Positions 28,743 to 43,510 of a stretch of 64,000 bases of DNA are shown piece by piece. How positions within the stretch are numbered: the first letter of the stretch is position 1; every line of letters starts with the position of its first letter. The translations under genes and the position numbers were made by a program. This DNA comes from Camelus dromedarius (lineage: Eukaryota): the NCBI RefSeq assembly GCF_036321535.1, contig NC_087436.1, positions 57,972,001 to 58,036,000 of the forward strand. Direction: 5' to 3'. The notes beneath the pieces are model-generated. The model searched no databases and was not told the DNA's origin. It saw nothing but the letters and a program-made list of their open reading frames with translations.

Positions 28743-29139
28743 TTGGCAGTAGCATATTACAACCCCCAGTTACATGCAATCCTGGGAAATACAGTTTTTC
28801 AGCTGAAAGTACAGCTCTCTCAAGCAAATCTGGCATTTTGTTAGCAAATTTAAAAGGGAGGATGGTTACTGTACATGCAAGTGGCTATTTCTGCCGAGAG
28901 GTCAGCCTACTTTGACCCAGTGATTGTCCTGTTTCCATGCTTCCAATGATAACCAAACCTTCCAAACTGACATACAGTGTTCATCCTTGAATGATGTTAA
29001 TATTCTGAAGATCTGCAGGCTTATAGTCATTGTCTGTCCTTAATAAAGGTGGTTCTATAATTTCATTTGTAAACTTGTGTTTTTATTTCAGAGTGTCAGA
29101 AATTAATCTTATTCTTATTTCTATAGCATCAAAATAGTC

Positions 29140-29640
29140 TAGTGGTTGAAAGCAGGGACTACGGAAGAGACCAGCAGTTTTTGAATTCAGGCTTCTTGGA
29201 CTTACTTCTGAATCCTGATCTCTTACTACCTCAGTTTTTTCCTTTGTAAATATCATCATCATCATCATCATCATCACCATCATCATCATCATCGTCATCT
29301 ACCTCAGACAGCTGCACGAGGATTAAATGAGATGAACAGAGCCTGGGTATAATAAATGTTCTCTCTAAGATTATCTCTTGTTATTATATTCGTGGGCAAT
29401 AGTTGACTGCAACCTCTTTATATTCATTATACATGGTTAGAAGCATAAGCTCTGGTCAGACTTCAAATCTCAGCTAAGTTTTGTGAACGCATTACCCATG
29501 GGTTGTTTCTGTTTTTCTATTTGTAAAATTGTGATAACAATATTATCCACCGCATAGTGCTATTGAGAAGATTCAATGATACAATGTAAAATACTGATTC
29601 TAGTATGTGGCAAATAAAAATGATCAGGGATATTACTTTT
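29140..29640 (+). mobile_element. Two adjacent MIR fragments, the first containing a (CAT)n expansion
   Basis: ctcagttttttcctttgtaaa...ctacctcaga...gaggattaaatgagat and tggttagaagcataagctctgg...tgtaaaattgtgataacaata. Confidence 0.7.
29252..29298 (+). repeat. (CAT)n trinucleotide microsatellite
   Basis: Directly visible; produces the poly-Met ORF 29083..29298. Confidence 0.95.
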
Positions 29641-32600
29641 AATATTTTTATTGCTGCAAGATTTGTTCACTCTTTCTGTCTTTTAGAGTGGCTGTCTCTC
29701 ACACACTATGAAAGTTAAGTAGGATTCTGAGAGGCAATACTCAAGATCAAAGTTTATCCATAAAGCCTTCTTTGATCACTGCTGCCGAAATTACACACTT
29801 TTCTTCATTACACAACACTAGCACTCAGTTTGCATCATTCATGACACAACACACTATTTTCTCTATTAAGGGAGTCATATAACTATTGTTCCTTTTTGTT
29901 AATTGTAAGCCTCTTAAAGGCAAAGACTACTTTCTGTAAAAGTTTTAATCTCATATTTTGCATTTGCACTAAGTAAGTGAGCTATGAACACTTCCTGAAT
30001 GACACATTTTTAAAAGTTCAACACTTTCTCTTTTCAAACTTTTTAAAAAATACCTTGAATCAATCCATTCAAATAGCTTCACATTTTTTTCCCCCGCTCT
30101 TCATCCATTTACTTAGAATCAAAGACTTGAATTTTCTTTGTTAAGGAATTTAAAGTAGACTTTTATACTGTCCCCTTAATCATAATTAACTGCTTTTGAA
30201 AAAAGTGTTTCTCTAATTAGCTGGATATAGATGCCTAATCCTTTTTTAAAAGTGTACTTTTCTAAGCAAAATACATTTTCAATAACATTTGGCTCCAGCA
30301 GGCTGCCTGATTCCATCCATGGATGATGCTTAATCCATTTCTTCATGAAAGTAATTCCTGATAACCAAGATAAAAGTCAAATATAATTCCAATGTTTGAA
30401 CTTAAAATGATGACACTGATGAATGGATATGTAAATACATGTAGCCCTCTTCAAGGTACAAAGTATTTGGGTAGCTTGATGTTTCCTTTGGACTCTAGCC
30501 CAGTTCTTTACTAGTAAGATTTATTATAAGTATCAAAGAAAAATTTTCTTTCATTGAACAAATGTATTACTGGAAATAATTTTAATAGTACAAGCTGGGT
30601 ACTTTTTCATGAATTATTAAGTTAAATTGTAAGTTAAAATCAAGTTTATCATCAGGGTAAAGAAAAGTGCTTTTTATTATTCCCAAAACAAACACTGCTT
30701 CTAACAGAGGATCCAGTCAAACACTGTGATTGTTGCATCCTATTTATTCAAAGGAAAACAAACAAACAAAAAAGAGAATGAAGAATTTCAAATGTATGCA
30801 AATGAGTCTGTGTGACTATGAATTTAGTGTACATTTAAAAAACACATTTACCTCATCAGTAATAAAAGTGTCTTCTCTTGTGAGAATTCCCTAACCTGCA
30901 ATCCATGTAAGACTTGGAAGTAAGATAACAAGGGATTTTCTTTCCTCATGGACTTTTATAAATAAAGAGTAAAATTCTTATTTAAATGTTTTAAAAACAT
31001 CTTCATCAAACATTACTGTTGTGTTCTTTATTTTACAAGACTATTTTGTTAGGACTAACTAAAAAGTGTTTTCTCCCCTTAAAGAAAGAGTTAGGATTTA
31101 AAAATTCATTATTTCAAGTTATGTTTGAGTAGAGGTCATAAAAATACCATTTATTGTTATAAAAACCCTCGATAATCTGGGAAAAAAGTGGCAAAGGCAT
31201 ACTTAGCACACTGATTCCAGAGGTAGAGTTTACCATGTTTACCAAATAATCCTATCAGTGAACATCCGTTTTGTGTCCCATCCTTACTTTTACTGATGAG
31301 CCAATTATTTTTCATTTCCTTTTTGCTTATTTTATTCATTTCAGTCTCTTCATCTTTGTTCTGTGACCCTTAAATAATATGAATTAAGAAACAAAATAAA
31401 GATTTCCGTCCTGGAGACAAAGAACTATGCTTTTAGAGGGTGCCACAGAATTTTGGCTGAAGCCTACCCATCAAGTTTAATGGAACTCTGCTGCCAAAAC
31501 CCCATGCGACCTTTGAATATTTAGGGCTAATGTAACTGCCACTTGCTCTCCCTCCCTGGGAGTCCACAGAAGCTCTTATTTGCTGCTTCCCAGATTTCTG
31601 CCAACCTGTTTGTGCTCAGTTCTGTTGATGCCACTTTCTGGCCCACTCTTGTGTAACTGTTCTCCAAGATAGCTCACAATGCTGAGTAGATTAGGATAAG
31701 AAAACTCTTATTTTAAAATATTTATTTGCTAAGAAAAATAAGCTGCACTATAGAGGGTAAAGCCTTCTTGATTTTTTAAAGAAAAATGTAAAAACTAGGC
31801 CCATCTCTATTGACTAGAACATCTCTGAGACTCGTTCTTAAGGCAAATCTCTAAGGAAACATGTTTCAAAATATGTATCTTCATCAAAATCTGTTTATTT
31901 CCTCTCATTTTATTATATTAATCTCTACTCTGTTTCTTCTCTCCTGGTGTTGAAAATAATAGAGAAGCTATATTTGAACATCTCTGAGGTCAGTCAACTA
32001 GAAAACAGGTAGATTAATCCAGGAAAAAATACTTAAACAAAAGTGATATTTTTGCTTATTTTCTTAATGTAACATAAGTGAAAATAATGAGACAAACTGT
32101 CTTATCTTCAAATTATGGTAAATTTAGGGAAAATGCCTTGTGTTTTACCTTACAAAGTTAAATTAATTACTTAATTTTATACTAAGTATTTTTGTGAGCT
32201 TTCATACTGTAGATAATATGCTGGGCTAAATATAAAGTAATATAAAGTGATCCCCAAAGAGTTAAATACAAGTAGATACTGAAGTCTACACAAGGGTGTA
32301 GGCAAGATACATCAGATTTTTTTGAACCAATAAACAGAAATGGGCAATTTTTTTTCAGTGTTCCAGGATCTGCCCAAAATGATTTATTAGTATTATATAG
32401 AGGTATGCATGTTTTTGAAAGGGGAGAAAGGTAGTATTGTCTTTATGACTTCCCATTATTTGAAAGATCAAGGCACACTGGAGTCACATTCCCTTTAGAA
32501 ACATTTATAAACTGAGCATTAAGTACAGGTATTTATTTTTTAATTTGACTTCAAAGGGATACAAAAAATTGAACTTTGAAGCCTGAATCAAATTTTTTGT

Positions 32601-32729
32601 TGTCGTTGCTAGATCTGTAAGAAGGATATGATGGGACAAGAAAACCACAAATAATAATGAGTAACCTCCTCAAGTTCTGCAAGATTCAATGAAGTTTCTT
32701 GCCATGCAAATATCAGCTTACACAAATCA

Positions 32730-33047
<318 letters not shown>

Positions 33048-33149
33048 TCAAATGTCATATATTTTCTCTTTTTTTTGAGCAACAGTGACTACGGCTTACA
33101 CAGTTATTATACAACTATGGAAAACATTTTTTTAAAGGAACATTCTATA

Positions 33150-33375
33150 TGAGGAGTGCTATTGGAACTGACTTCAAGAATTTCGCCCTAATTAGTTGTT
33201 TAACGTCGTGTAATTTTCTTAGCTTCCCTTGGTCTCAGTTTCATCATCTGTCAAGAGGGTAAAATAGCATGCATCTTTCAGGATTATTGCTGAGAATCAG
33301 AGATAATTCAGTGTCTGTTATTTGTCTTTCATGTGATAGGTGTTCAATTAGTGATGGTTATACTTTTATAATTAT
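33150..33375 (+). mobile_element. MIR SINE in the intron just before the exon-3 acceptor
   Basis: ggtctcagtttcatcatctgtcaag...aggattattgctgagaatcagagataat. Confidence 0.65.
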
Positions 33376-36185
33376 CAATATATAACTCAGAGAAAAGGTA
33401 ATTCTTTACTGAGTATATAATACAAGGTTTCAAAAAAAGGAGGTAATATGTAAACTGGTAAATGAATAAACGGGGAAATGAAGCATTTGAGGAAGGCATT
33501 TCTGGCCACAGAGAACAGCCATTCTGGTATCTAAAACTTTGATGACAGGTGTCTCTCCTATTCAGCTGGAGAAATGAAAATGTTTTTTGAAAATGTTTTT
33601 GTTCTTTTCCTTGATAATCTGAATACTCATGGTCAAATCGAATACTAAATTTCAGAAACTATCTCATTCTGGTTTCCAGCTGAGTAATTTCTAATTTCTA
33701 CTATATGGTTTATGATCTCCTTTAATTTCATTTTAACTATTCTTGTGCATGCATATACACTTACTTCAAAATATATTTAAAACTAGAACAAATATAAATT
33801 ATGAGTGAATACAAATACACAGCATATGTAGGGAAAAAAAGTTCAGAAGTGATATTTAAGAATGCCACTATTTGAAGGCAAAAAATTAGAAATAAAATCA
33901 AAAGTAAATTCAGAAAGAATCAAGGCAAAATTAATTCCATTTGAAAAGGTCAGATATAGTTGTTCCAGTCTTTATTCTAGATTTCATGCATTCTAGATAT
34001 AACATTCTGTGTATTTAAAATTTATTATAGATTCTTTTACATAATTCTTGAAAAATTCAAAGAAAAACTTAGATGATAAGTACCTCCATGTAATTAACTG
34101 GCCAGTTAACAAAGGCTAAAGAAGTGAAAGTTTAGAAGTACTATGCTAGTGACATGCATATAAACATCAAATAAATTTATTATGATTAATGTTAAGCCAT
34201 CCAACACACATAAATTAAATTAATAATTATTAGGGGCATAATTTTCAAGCATGAGAGAGGTTATATGATTTCAGATAAATGTGAAAGATAGCCTTAGGGA
34301 TGAGTGCTTCTTAGATCATAACAGATTGAGAGTGAAATTTCACTAAAAATCACACATAAAACCTATTCATATTCATGAATTCAACACTTATAAAAAGCAA
34401 TATGAATTTATAGTTATACTTTCAATGAATTTATGCAAGAACACAGGTCAAAAGTTTGTTTCATTATGGTAGTAAAAAGACCACTGATGATTTATACAAG
34501 CAAATAGAAATTCACTTTAAAAAAATGTTTAAAAACTTGAATCATTTAGCATTTAAATTCAAAATAAGAAGAGTGCCTTAAGGTATAGACAGCTGAATTC
34601 AATCTTTAGATTACAGTGATTAAACGTGATCAAATAAGTGTACTAGTTTATATAAAGCTACAATAAAAGTTGTAAAGTTATAAATATAGAGGTCTGAGAT
34701 GATAAAATTCAGATTCAGTATTAATTTGGTCACATATAACAATACATAAACATTATCTATTTTAATCTTCAAATTTAGAAGGATAAACTCTGAAGAGTCA
34801 CATATTAATCATTCAGTAACAGAAAAAATTGCTTTAGTATATAATTTGTGATTTCCTCCTACCAACTATGCTACTCCCTATTGACTTCTGTTAGTAAGAA
34901 TACAAACAAAGCAAATTCTAAAAACAATTGTTATATAAGCAAATGTATTATTTTTAGATTACTGCTATTTGGTAGTATCCATCTTGATACACATATTATC
35001 AAGAATAATGGAATTCTCCTGATAAAATAAAAATAAAAATCATTAAAAATTATAACCAGAAAACCATATAACATAAGATCTGAAAGGTAATTTAGAGATC
35101 ATGGAACCCAGAATGGAAAATCAGCTTTAACTGCTATACCAACCATGACTGGTTGGTAAGTTCGTATCCTAGAACACTATCTGAAGAAAGACTCTGAGAC
35201 TCAAAAAGAGTACCAAAATCATGGTGCTAGATTTCTCAGAGAAAGAGACTGGGAGAATAAGCAGTCTGCAAGTCACAGACATGCATCCCTCTCATGGTGC
35301 CCCCAATCTTCCATGGTTCATGGTTGTCAAGAACTTACACACTCTCTTCCCAAAAAAGCCCAGCTCTCTAACTCACTGTTCAACATCTTTTTCACCGTAG
35401 CAAGCAAATGTCACTTACAATGTTAAAATTTTTGCAGGGCAAACAAAAGATGACAGAACCCTTCATTAGGGAAAGCTCAATTGGAGATTGCTTATTGTCA
35501 GGTTTGGTAAAAAGCAGTAGTCTCAATACAGAGGGAAAAAAGAGCTCACACATCTAAAATGGACTGAGACTGACCCAAAACAGCCCTGGCTGGGCACTTT
35601 ACGAATAGTCTGCAAGGCAACTTACCAAGGACATATTTGATGCTCATTTTGTCAATATAAAATGGTGGTTGAAGCAGAGAGGATAACAAGTTGATTTGCT
35701 TCAGAGGGCCTATATACATGTTAGTGTAAAAAAGAGACTGTAACTCTGTAAGCAGAAGAGATTTAAGAAAATAAAGGCTACAAGAACAGAAGCAAAGCTT
35801 AGTGAAGAAGTCTACCTTCTGCTATAAGAATTCCATGTCTTGGCTGTTAGAATACTGCATTACTTAGAGTTTTAGTTCCATACAATGCAAACTTTAGTTC
35901 ATTAGATACAGTGTGAAAACTGAATTTGAAATATCAGCATGTTTGTGTGCATATCCACCACTTTTTTCATTATAAGAAACCAAGCCAAGGACTTCTCAAT
36001 GGAATACTGCTTTCCCATTAATTACTTCAAGCCCTGTGATTCATTTATATTATTATGTATGCATGTACTCATGCACTTCCAAACATACAGAGGATATTGA
36101 ACAGCTTGCTGGTTTTGTGACTCCAGCTGTTTGAGATTGTAGTGCTATCAAAGACGTTTGGAGCCTGCATTAATTGCAGAAAGGA

Positions 36186-36452
36186 CACCTTTTTTCTTTT
36201 TTTTTTCCTTCCTTCCCTTTCTCCTTTGCTCTTTCCCTCCCTCCCTCCCTCCCTTCCTTCCTTCCTCCCTCCCTTCCTTCCTTCCTTTCTTTTTCTTCCT
36301 TCCTTCCTTCCATTTCTTTCTTTCTTTTTCTTCCTTCCTTCCTTCCTTTTCTTTCTTTCCCTTTCTTTCTTCCTTCCTTCCTTCCTTCCTTGCTTTCTTT
36401 CTTTCTTTCTTTCCTCCCTCCCTCCCTCCCTCCTTTCCTTCCTTCCTTCTTC
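36186..36452 (+). repeat. Compound polypyrimidine repeat (CCTT/CCCT/CTTT)n
   Basis: About 265 bp made almost entirely of C and T on the plus strand. Confidence 0.95.
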
Positions 36453-38438
36453 TAATAGCAACTGCAATTTGCAACACTTTCTCACCCTTTCTGGTCACTC
36501 AGCAGTTACGGAAATGAAGTTCCCTGTATAAATGTATAAATTTAACTTAAATGATGTTTATGAACACTACTTTTTCTTCATTTCTGAAAATAATCTGTTT
36601 GAGTCTTCTTTTTCTTATTAAATAAAATGAGATTAAAATAAACTCTATTAAAGTCTTGAAATTGATTATCTGTCACTGAATATTCAATGAGATCTCAGTG
36701 GAATAGTTTTGGGTAGCACCATCCTTCTTGGAAACACCTATTTCCAGTAATTTTTTCTGAATTATTTATATTTACCAATTTATCCTGATATAACCTCTTC
36801 TAATGATTTTAAGTCATATCAAGACTTTTGCACATTCTATTCAAACACTTATTCTTCAATACATGTTTATCAACTTTCAACCCTGTGCCAAGAAGTTCTT
36901 TGGAGACTATATATGGCAGATTCTTTCCTCAAAGATTTCCCAATCTGTTCATCATGGTGTTTCCAAAATCTCCCCTGCATCAGAATTCAAGGTGGAGATT
37001 TAATACAAATGATTAAGTTCACTGCTAGAGGTTCTACTTTATTCATTCCAGGCTGGTAGTCATGTATTTGAATTATAATATGTTATCTAAGTAGTTCTGA
37101 TGTGCAATGCTTTCTGGAACTCATTAATCTGGTGGATTGTAACTGCAATGCTCTTTGATGTGATTGTTACAGAACATCTAATATTCAGTGACTTTCCTTT
37201 CCTTTTTTCCAAGTAATATTATTGACAATATAACCATTGCTGGGGAGTGTAACTTCCCTATTTTTCTAATTCTCTTAGTTTGTGAGTGGGGATGAGGTAC
37301 AGGAAAAGAAGACACATAGAGTTACTAAAAATTAAAGTACCTTCTAAAAGTGATCCATACTTTGTTTTTATTTCTAACAATAAATTAAGAAGACTTTATC
37401 CTTTCATGTTTCTCCAACTAAGATACAATACATATACTTCCACAATTCTAAAATGTTTGTAGTTTCTATATTATCATACCTGAAATCAAGACATATTTCA
37501 AAGTTGATCAATGCATTTAATACGATGTCTTATTTTCTTTGAAAAAAAATCATGTCAGTATTGAATTTTATAAATCAGTGAGCTCTTATAAATGAGAAAA
37601 TAAGATAAGCAGGTAAGATTTGAACTCTCTATACAACAGCTGAATTTAATTTATTTTTTCTATTTCACTCATTAATGAATCACAAGCATAGTATATTTAT
37701 AATTGCTTATTTCATCTACCAAAATGCACCTGACATTTGCTTTTATACTTATAAGAATATAGTAACACAAAACATTTTCAGCCTGTCCAGACATTTAGCA
37801 TTCTTTGCAAACATGATTTTCAGCAACCATCTGAGAGGCGGCATGTTAAAGGTGGGACTAATTTGACTTATCAGTAATGTAGCTTGCCAAAAACACAATC
37901 ATTTGGAACAAATTCTTCTAAATAAAGATGATCTTTATACATAAATAGTGTTACAAGGTCCAATTTAACCATAAATATCTATTTAGGAAGTGAGGATATG
38001 AAAAAATTAATTTAATTATAATTAAAAAGCATTAAGACTTAATTTGTTCTTACAAAGAATATAAATGGCTAAAATGGTTGATTACCAGCCATCAAATGAC
38101 TCAACTGAATAATTCTCAGTTGATTATTTTTTCAGTCATCTAATGCCATCATGAACCTTTAGTTATAGTTCATGATCTAATTCTGAGATGGACTAAACGT
38201 TTAACCTAGCACCTATTATAAGTCACTTTATTTTTCCATTTACATTTCAAACAACCATGTACAGAAAAGCTTTTATCATTCTCATTTTCACATAAAGAAA
38301 ATGGCTCAGTGAATTTAAATGCATTGTCCAAGTTCATACTATTAGTAGATGTTAGAGTTGGGATTCAGACCCAGCACAGACTTTTAATAACTGGGCCATA
38401 AGAAATAGAAAATCACTGTTTTAAAACATAAAGGTCCA

Positions 38439-38635
38439 GAATAGATAAACAACAAGGTCCTACTGTATAGCACAGGGAACTATATTCAATGGCTTGTAGT
38501 AACCTGCAATGGAGAAGAATATGAAAAAAGAATACATATATTTGTATGTATAACTGATTCACTACGCTGTACACCAGAAACTAATACAACATTGCAAATC
38601 AACTATACTTCAATTTCAAAAAATGGGAAAAACAA
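38439..38635 (+). mobile_element. 5'-truncated cetartiodactyl-type L1 3' end
   Basis: gataaacaacaaggtcctactgtatagcacagggaactatattcaat...gctgtacaccagaaactaatacaacattg. TSD taaaacataaaggtcca (38422-38438) versus taaaacacaaaggccca (38636-38652), 2 mismatches. Confidence 0.88.
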
Positions 38636-40789
38636 TAAAACACAAAGGCCCATGTAAACAACTAGAAGGCACTTAACTCTCTCTCTTACAAGAGTCAGAA
38701 AATGTCAGCCTGCTGGATGTAAAAGAGAAAAGAATAATGATTTTGATACCATTCTCCCTTTTTTTCTTTTGGATTTGGGATTAAGGAATTACTTCTATAC
38801 AGTTTCACTTCCAAATACAGAGAGTATATACAAAAAAGTTAACAAGGATGAAAAAAGCTACTGGGAAGAAACATTGAGGTTATTGAGTACACTTTCAGTC
38901 AAGACCTAAAGCAGTTCTACCAACAATGATGTGATAAAAGTGATTAAAAAAATTGACTAAGTATTACTTTATTTTTGTAAGCTTTTTGGAATTTACAAAA
39001 TGTTTTTATATACATTTTATCATTTTGTCAGCATGACTATATTGGATAGATTCTTACCTTCATTTGTTGAACACTAAATTGAGGCTCATTCTTACTTTTT
39101 CAGTAAGTAGTGGAGACAAGCCTAGAATCTAGATTTCATTGTATTTACTTTATAGCCTTTCAATTATGTACTTTCACAGCCTCTATTTACAGAAATTCAA
39201 ATTACTCTCCCATTTAATATTAATTTAATTATTTCTGCAATGAACACATATGGTTATGTGCATATACATATACATGTTTTACATGTCAAATGCATATACT
39301 ATACCAGGCAAATGTCAGCTAGTCAGGATGAAATATGGTTAAAAAAAAAAGACAAGTGTGTAATGGGAGAGACAGAAGATAAATGTATAATGATGTAGTA
39401 TATAGGTGTTAGGCCAAAAAAAGCCATTACTCTATAGCAACTCAAAAGCATTTTTTTCTAAACTATGGGTTGGGAAAATCTTTTAATGCAGAATTGCATT
39501 TGGAGCTGCAGTCTGAAGGGTAACTAGGAACCAATTCTGTGAAAAGGAGTTGCCTTGATGAAAAAGAGTAAAGAAAATGTTTCCAAATAGAAGAAATAGA
39601 CTGCAAAGATGCTGTATGAGAATGATCATGTATTACCTGAGAGGCAGAAGGAAGAGCTAGGTAGCTGCAGTACAGAGATCAATTGTGTAAGAGTAAGATG
39701 GAAGGGTAGGCAAGAAATATGACTTTTGAATGTGTTTGTCTTCTTGTTAATTTGAAGGAACGTTTCACATATTTTCAGTATCAATCCTTTATCTGTTACT
39801 TATATGTTAAAATGCCCATCTTTATTCTTGCTATATTTTAAATTTACATATAATTAGAAGATTTTAAACTATTACTCAAGCAAATTTGTCAGTCTTTTAC
39901 TTTGGGGAATATTTTGCTTAATATCACATGTAGAAAAGTGTTCTTCCCACATCCTACAGACGTAAGTTAATCTAAAACAACATCTCCACCCCCTTATAAA
40001 CACCTGATTGTCACCTAATAGAAGTTAAGACTTCAGGAAAGAACAGCAGCAGGACTTTAAGAAACTAGATGAGTGAAGAATGTTATATTTAGTTGATACA
40101 GATAAAATTTGATCTCTATCTGCATAGTCCCAGCTAAAAAAAGTAAGGATTAAACACAACTGTGAAAAAACTGAAAATCCATATTATATTATATGTCAAC
40201 CTTCAAAACTTTTTCTGTGATTTTATAGAAATTCTCATTATTAAAATTATTATCCTTTTATAATAAGGCACACCTTGGATTTATATCATTCTTTCAAGAC
40301 AATTGATAATATTTAATATACTCTAGCAAATTATACCTTATGAAAATAAGAATAAGATCTTGCTAAAAAGATACAATGAACTATGTGTCTGTGTTTATGT
40401 AAGGGGAAGACAGAGGATGACAAATAAATAATATCGGACATTGCTCTCTCAGTTATTGCTGTTCATCCAGATTATCAATGCCAAAAATCAGAAGCCACTT
40501 TCAATTATTTCCTCTTTCTTATTCCCCATACCCCTTCATATCAACTTTGCTTAACCCATACTGTAATTCTACCTCCCAAACATTTCTCAAAGCTGTTCTC
40601 TTCTTAGAATATTCACTGCCAGTCCCTTAGTTCAATCTGTGTCACCACTAACCCAATTACTAAAACTGACTCTAAGCTGATATGATTTCACAGCCTTCAG
40701 CTTAACCTTTCTCCAATAATCCTTATTGTAAAAGGACAGGTTATCTTTTTTTTTTTTTCTAAGTATCCTTATGTTGTTTTTCTGTTTTA

Positions 40790-41095
40790 AAAGTCATTGA
40801 TAAAAGACTGAGGAACTATTATGGTCTGGAGGAATTAAGGAGAAATGACAGCTAAATGCAACATAGGATCCTGAGTAAAATTTTAGAACAGAAAAAAGTT
40901 ATTGAATAAATTGATAAAATTTTAGTAAGATCTGTAGCTCATTTAATAATATTGTATTGTTCTTGGTAACTGTACTATAGCTATTTAAGACATTAATATT
41001 GGGGGAGGGAAAGATGAATATAAACAAACTCAATGTACTATTTTCATAATTTTTCTATAAATCTAAAACTACTTGAAAACTGAAAGTTAAAAACA
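40790..41095 (+). mobile_element. L1MC-like 3' end, apparently inserted within L2 sequence
   Basis: aaagactgaggaact...gacagctaaatgcaaca...ggatcctga...tctataaatctaaaact. Flanks at about 40440-40790 and 41100-41270 are L2-like. Confidence 0.7.
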
Positions 41096-41319
41096 GATAT
41101 AACAGTCAATTACTTACAACTTCTGAAGGAAAAAGTTTAAACTCTTAGCATGGTATAAAAAACCTTCACGATCTGGCCCCAATATATATCGTCATGCTTA
41201 CTTTCAGCACCTGTTCCTTGCCATCACATCTCCCTGATATTCCAAATATTCTCCTACTGCCATGCCATTTATACTTATATTATATTATTTTTTTCAGCAG
41301 CCCAGGTACTTATACAAAG

Positions 41320-42710
41320 AATTGTTTTTGATATTGTAACAATACCAAATCTTCTGATTCATGAACATGGCATAATCTTCATTTAAATCAGTCTTTCAAA
41401 ATTTTTTTGATCAATATTTCTAATAAAAAAATCAAAGTAGTATTCAGTAAATAGGTCTTACATTTCTTTTGTCATATTTATTGCTAAATATTTTTATATT
41501 TTATTGTAAATGGTACTTTTAAATTTTAATTCAATTTTCATTGTTAGAATATAGAAATATATCAGATTGTTGAATACTGATTTTGCATTATGAAATCTTA
41601 TTAAACTCACTTGTTAGTTTTAGATTCCTTTTTTGTAGATTCCATAGAAATTTCTACATAGACAGTCATGTCATTTTCAGACAAAGGCATTTGTACTTCT
41701 CCCTTTCTAACCTGTATACCGTTTATTTCCTTTTCATACCTTATTGCACTGGCTAGTACCAATACAATGTGGAATATACATGGTAAGAGCAGCCACCTTT
41801 CCCTTTTCCTAACCTTAAGAAAAAAGCATTCAGTCTTCAATAATTAAATATAATGTAACCTGCCATTAAATATAATGATCTTTGTAAAGTTGAGGAAGTT
41901 CCCTCTTATGTCAAGCATGCTGAGAGTTTTTTTTTTCTATCAGGAATGGATATTGTATTTCGTCAAAGGCTTTTTAGGCATATTTTGAGATAATCACATA
42001 TTTTTTTCCATAATATCTTAATTTGAATAACTACATTTATTGATTTCTGAATGTTAAACCATCTTTGCAAGGATAATGTTGGCCTCAGTAAATGAGTTGT
42101 GATGTAGTAACATCTATTCAGTTTTCTGGACGAGTCTGTATATAATTAGTATTATTTCTTCTTTAATGTTTGGTAGGACTCACCTGTGAAACTTTATGGG
42201 AATAGAGTTCCACTTGTGAGAAAATTTTTAGGGAAGTTTTTAAGTGTAAAATCTATGTTAAAAACAAATATGGGGATATTTAGCTTATTTATTTCCTTTT
42301 GAGTGAGCTTTGTTAGTCTGTGTCTTCAGGGAATTTGCCCATTTCATCTAAGTTGTCAAATTTATTGTCAAAAAGGTGTTAATAAAATTATCTTGTAATC
42401 CTTTTAATATCTATAAAATCTGTAGTGATGCTGCCTCCCTCATTCATAATATTGGTAATTTGTATTATCTCTCTTTTGTTCTTGGTCAGGCTGGCTAGAG
42501 GTTTATTGATTTTATTAATTTTCTTAAAGAAAGAGCTTTTGGCTTTGTTGATTTTCTCTATTTTGTTTTCTATTTCACTGATTTCCACTCTGATGTTTAT
42601 CTTTTTCTAGGGTGGAAGCTGTGATCATTAATTTTAGACCTTTCTTTTTTTCAAATATAGGTATTTGATCCTTTAAATTTTTGTGTACTGCTTTAATCTA
42701 AACTTTTTCT
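41320..42710 (-). mobile_element. L1 ORF2 fragments (RT and linker region)
   Basis: ORFs 42388..42588 (EKINKAKSSFFKKINKINKPLASLTKNKREIIQITNI) and 41607..41840 (VLASAIRYEKEINGIQVRKGEVQMPLSENDM) are degenerate L1 ORF2p. Confidence 0.92.
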
Positions 42711-43079
42711 GCTAAATTTCCCCTATTACTCATTTATGTTATTCACCTTTCCTGTTAACATATTAACTGTAGGTATTTTGTTGTTTCTGTTTGACAGTTC
42801 CAATATCTGGGGTAATTACCTGTTTGCATGCCAGTCTTCTGGATTAGACACTGTCCTCTCCAATGTTTGTTTGAAACCCAGTACCTTGCATCTTATAAAT
42901 TCAATCACAGTTGGCTAATTACATTAGACAGACTTTAAGTACTTTTGATTAGAAAGAGTGCACTGTTTTTGATTATCACAGTGAATAATTTCATTTCTTT
43001 TACTAATATTTTATTCCTTGACAGCAATGTCATTCAGGCACACCCATTACATGAATAGAAATCACTCCTCTTCATGGAA

Positions 43080-43510
43080 ACTTTCTTTTCTGGGCCCCTA
43101 GGCTCTCTATTACCTCATGCCTGGCCACAACTCTGACCTTAACTATTACATTCAGCCTTACTCATTCTACTTTAGCCATGCAGGCTTGTTGCTTTTTAGT
43201 GCAGCCTCCTTTCTTTCTGCCCAGGCACTTTTTACCCATATATTCTTTCATCTTATTCCCTTATGCTAAGCCGATGCTTTTGCAGTCTCTTTTTCAATAA
43301 CATCCTTATTACTCTCTATTTCAAGACTATTTTTTCCTTAACATTTATCATCATCTGACTACATATCTGTTTGTTTCTATATTTTCACTCTTTCTTCCCC
43401 ATGAAAATATAAGCTACATGCGAGCAGGAGCTTTGTCGGCTTTGCACAAGACGAGGGGAGAGATTGGTCTATTGTAGGCACTCACTGAATATACGGTGAA
43501 TGGATGAATA
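43080..43510 (+). mobile_element. L2 3' end
   Basis: aatataagctacatgcgagcaggagctttgtc...gtaggcactcactgaatatacggtgaatggatgaat. Confidence 0.7.

Noticed and set aside
29083..29298. Poly-Met ORF
   Set aside because: It is the reverse strand of the (CAT)n microsatellite inside a MIR.
36069..36531. Five overlapping ORFs of 93-138 aa
   Set aside because: These are translations of a stop-free simple repeat and give low-complexity products.
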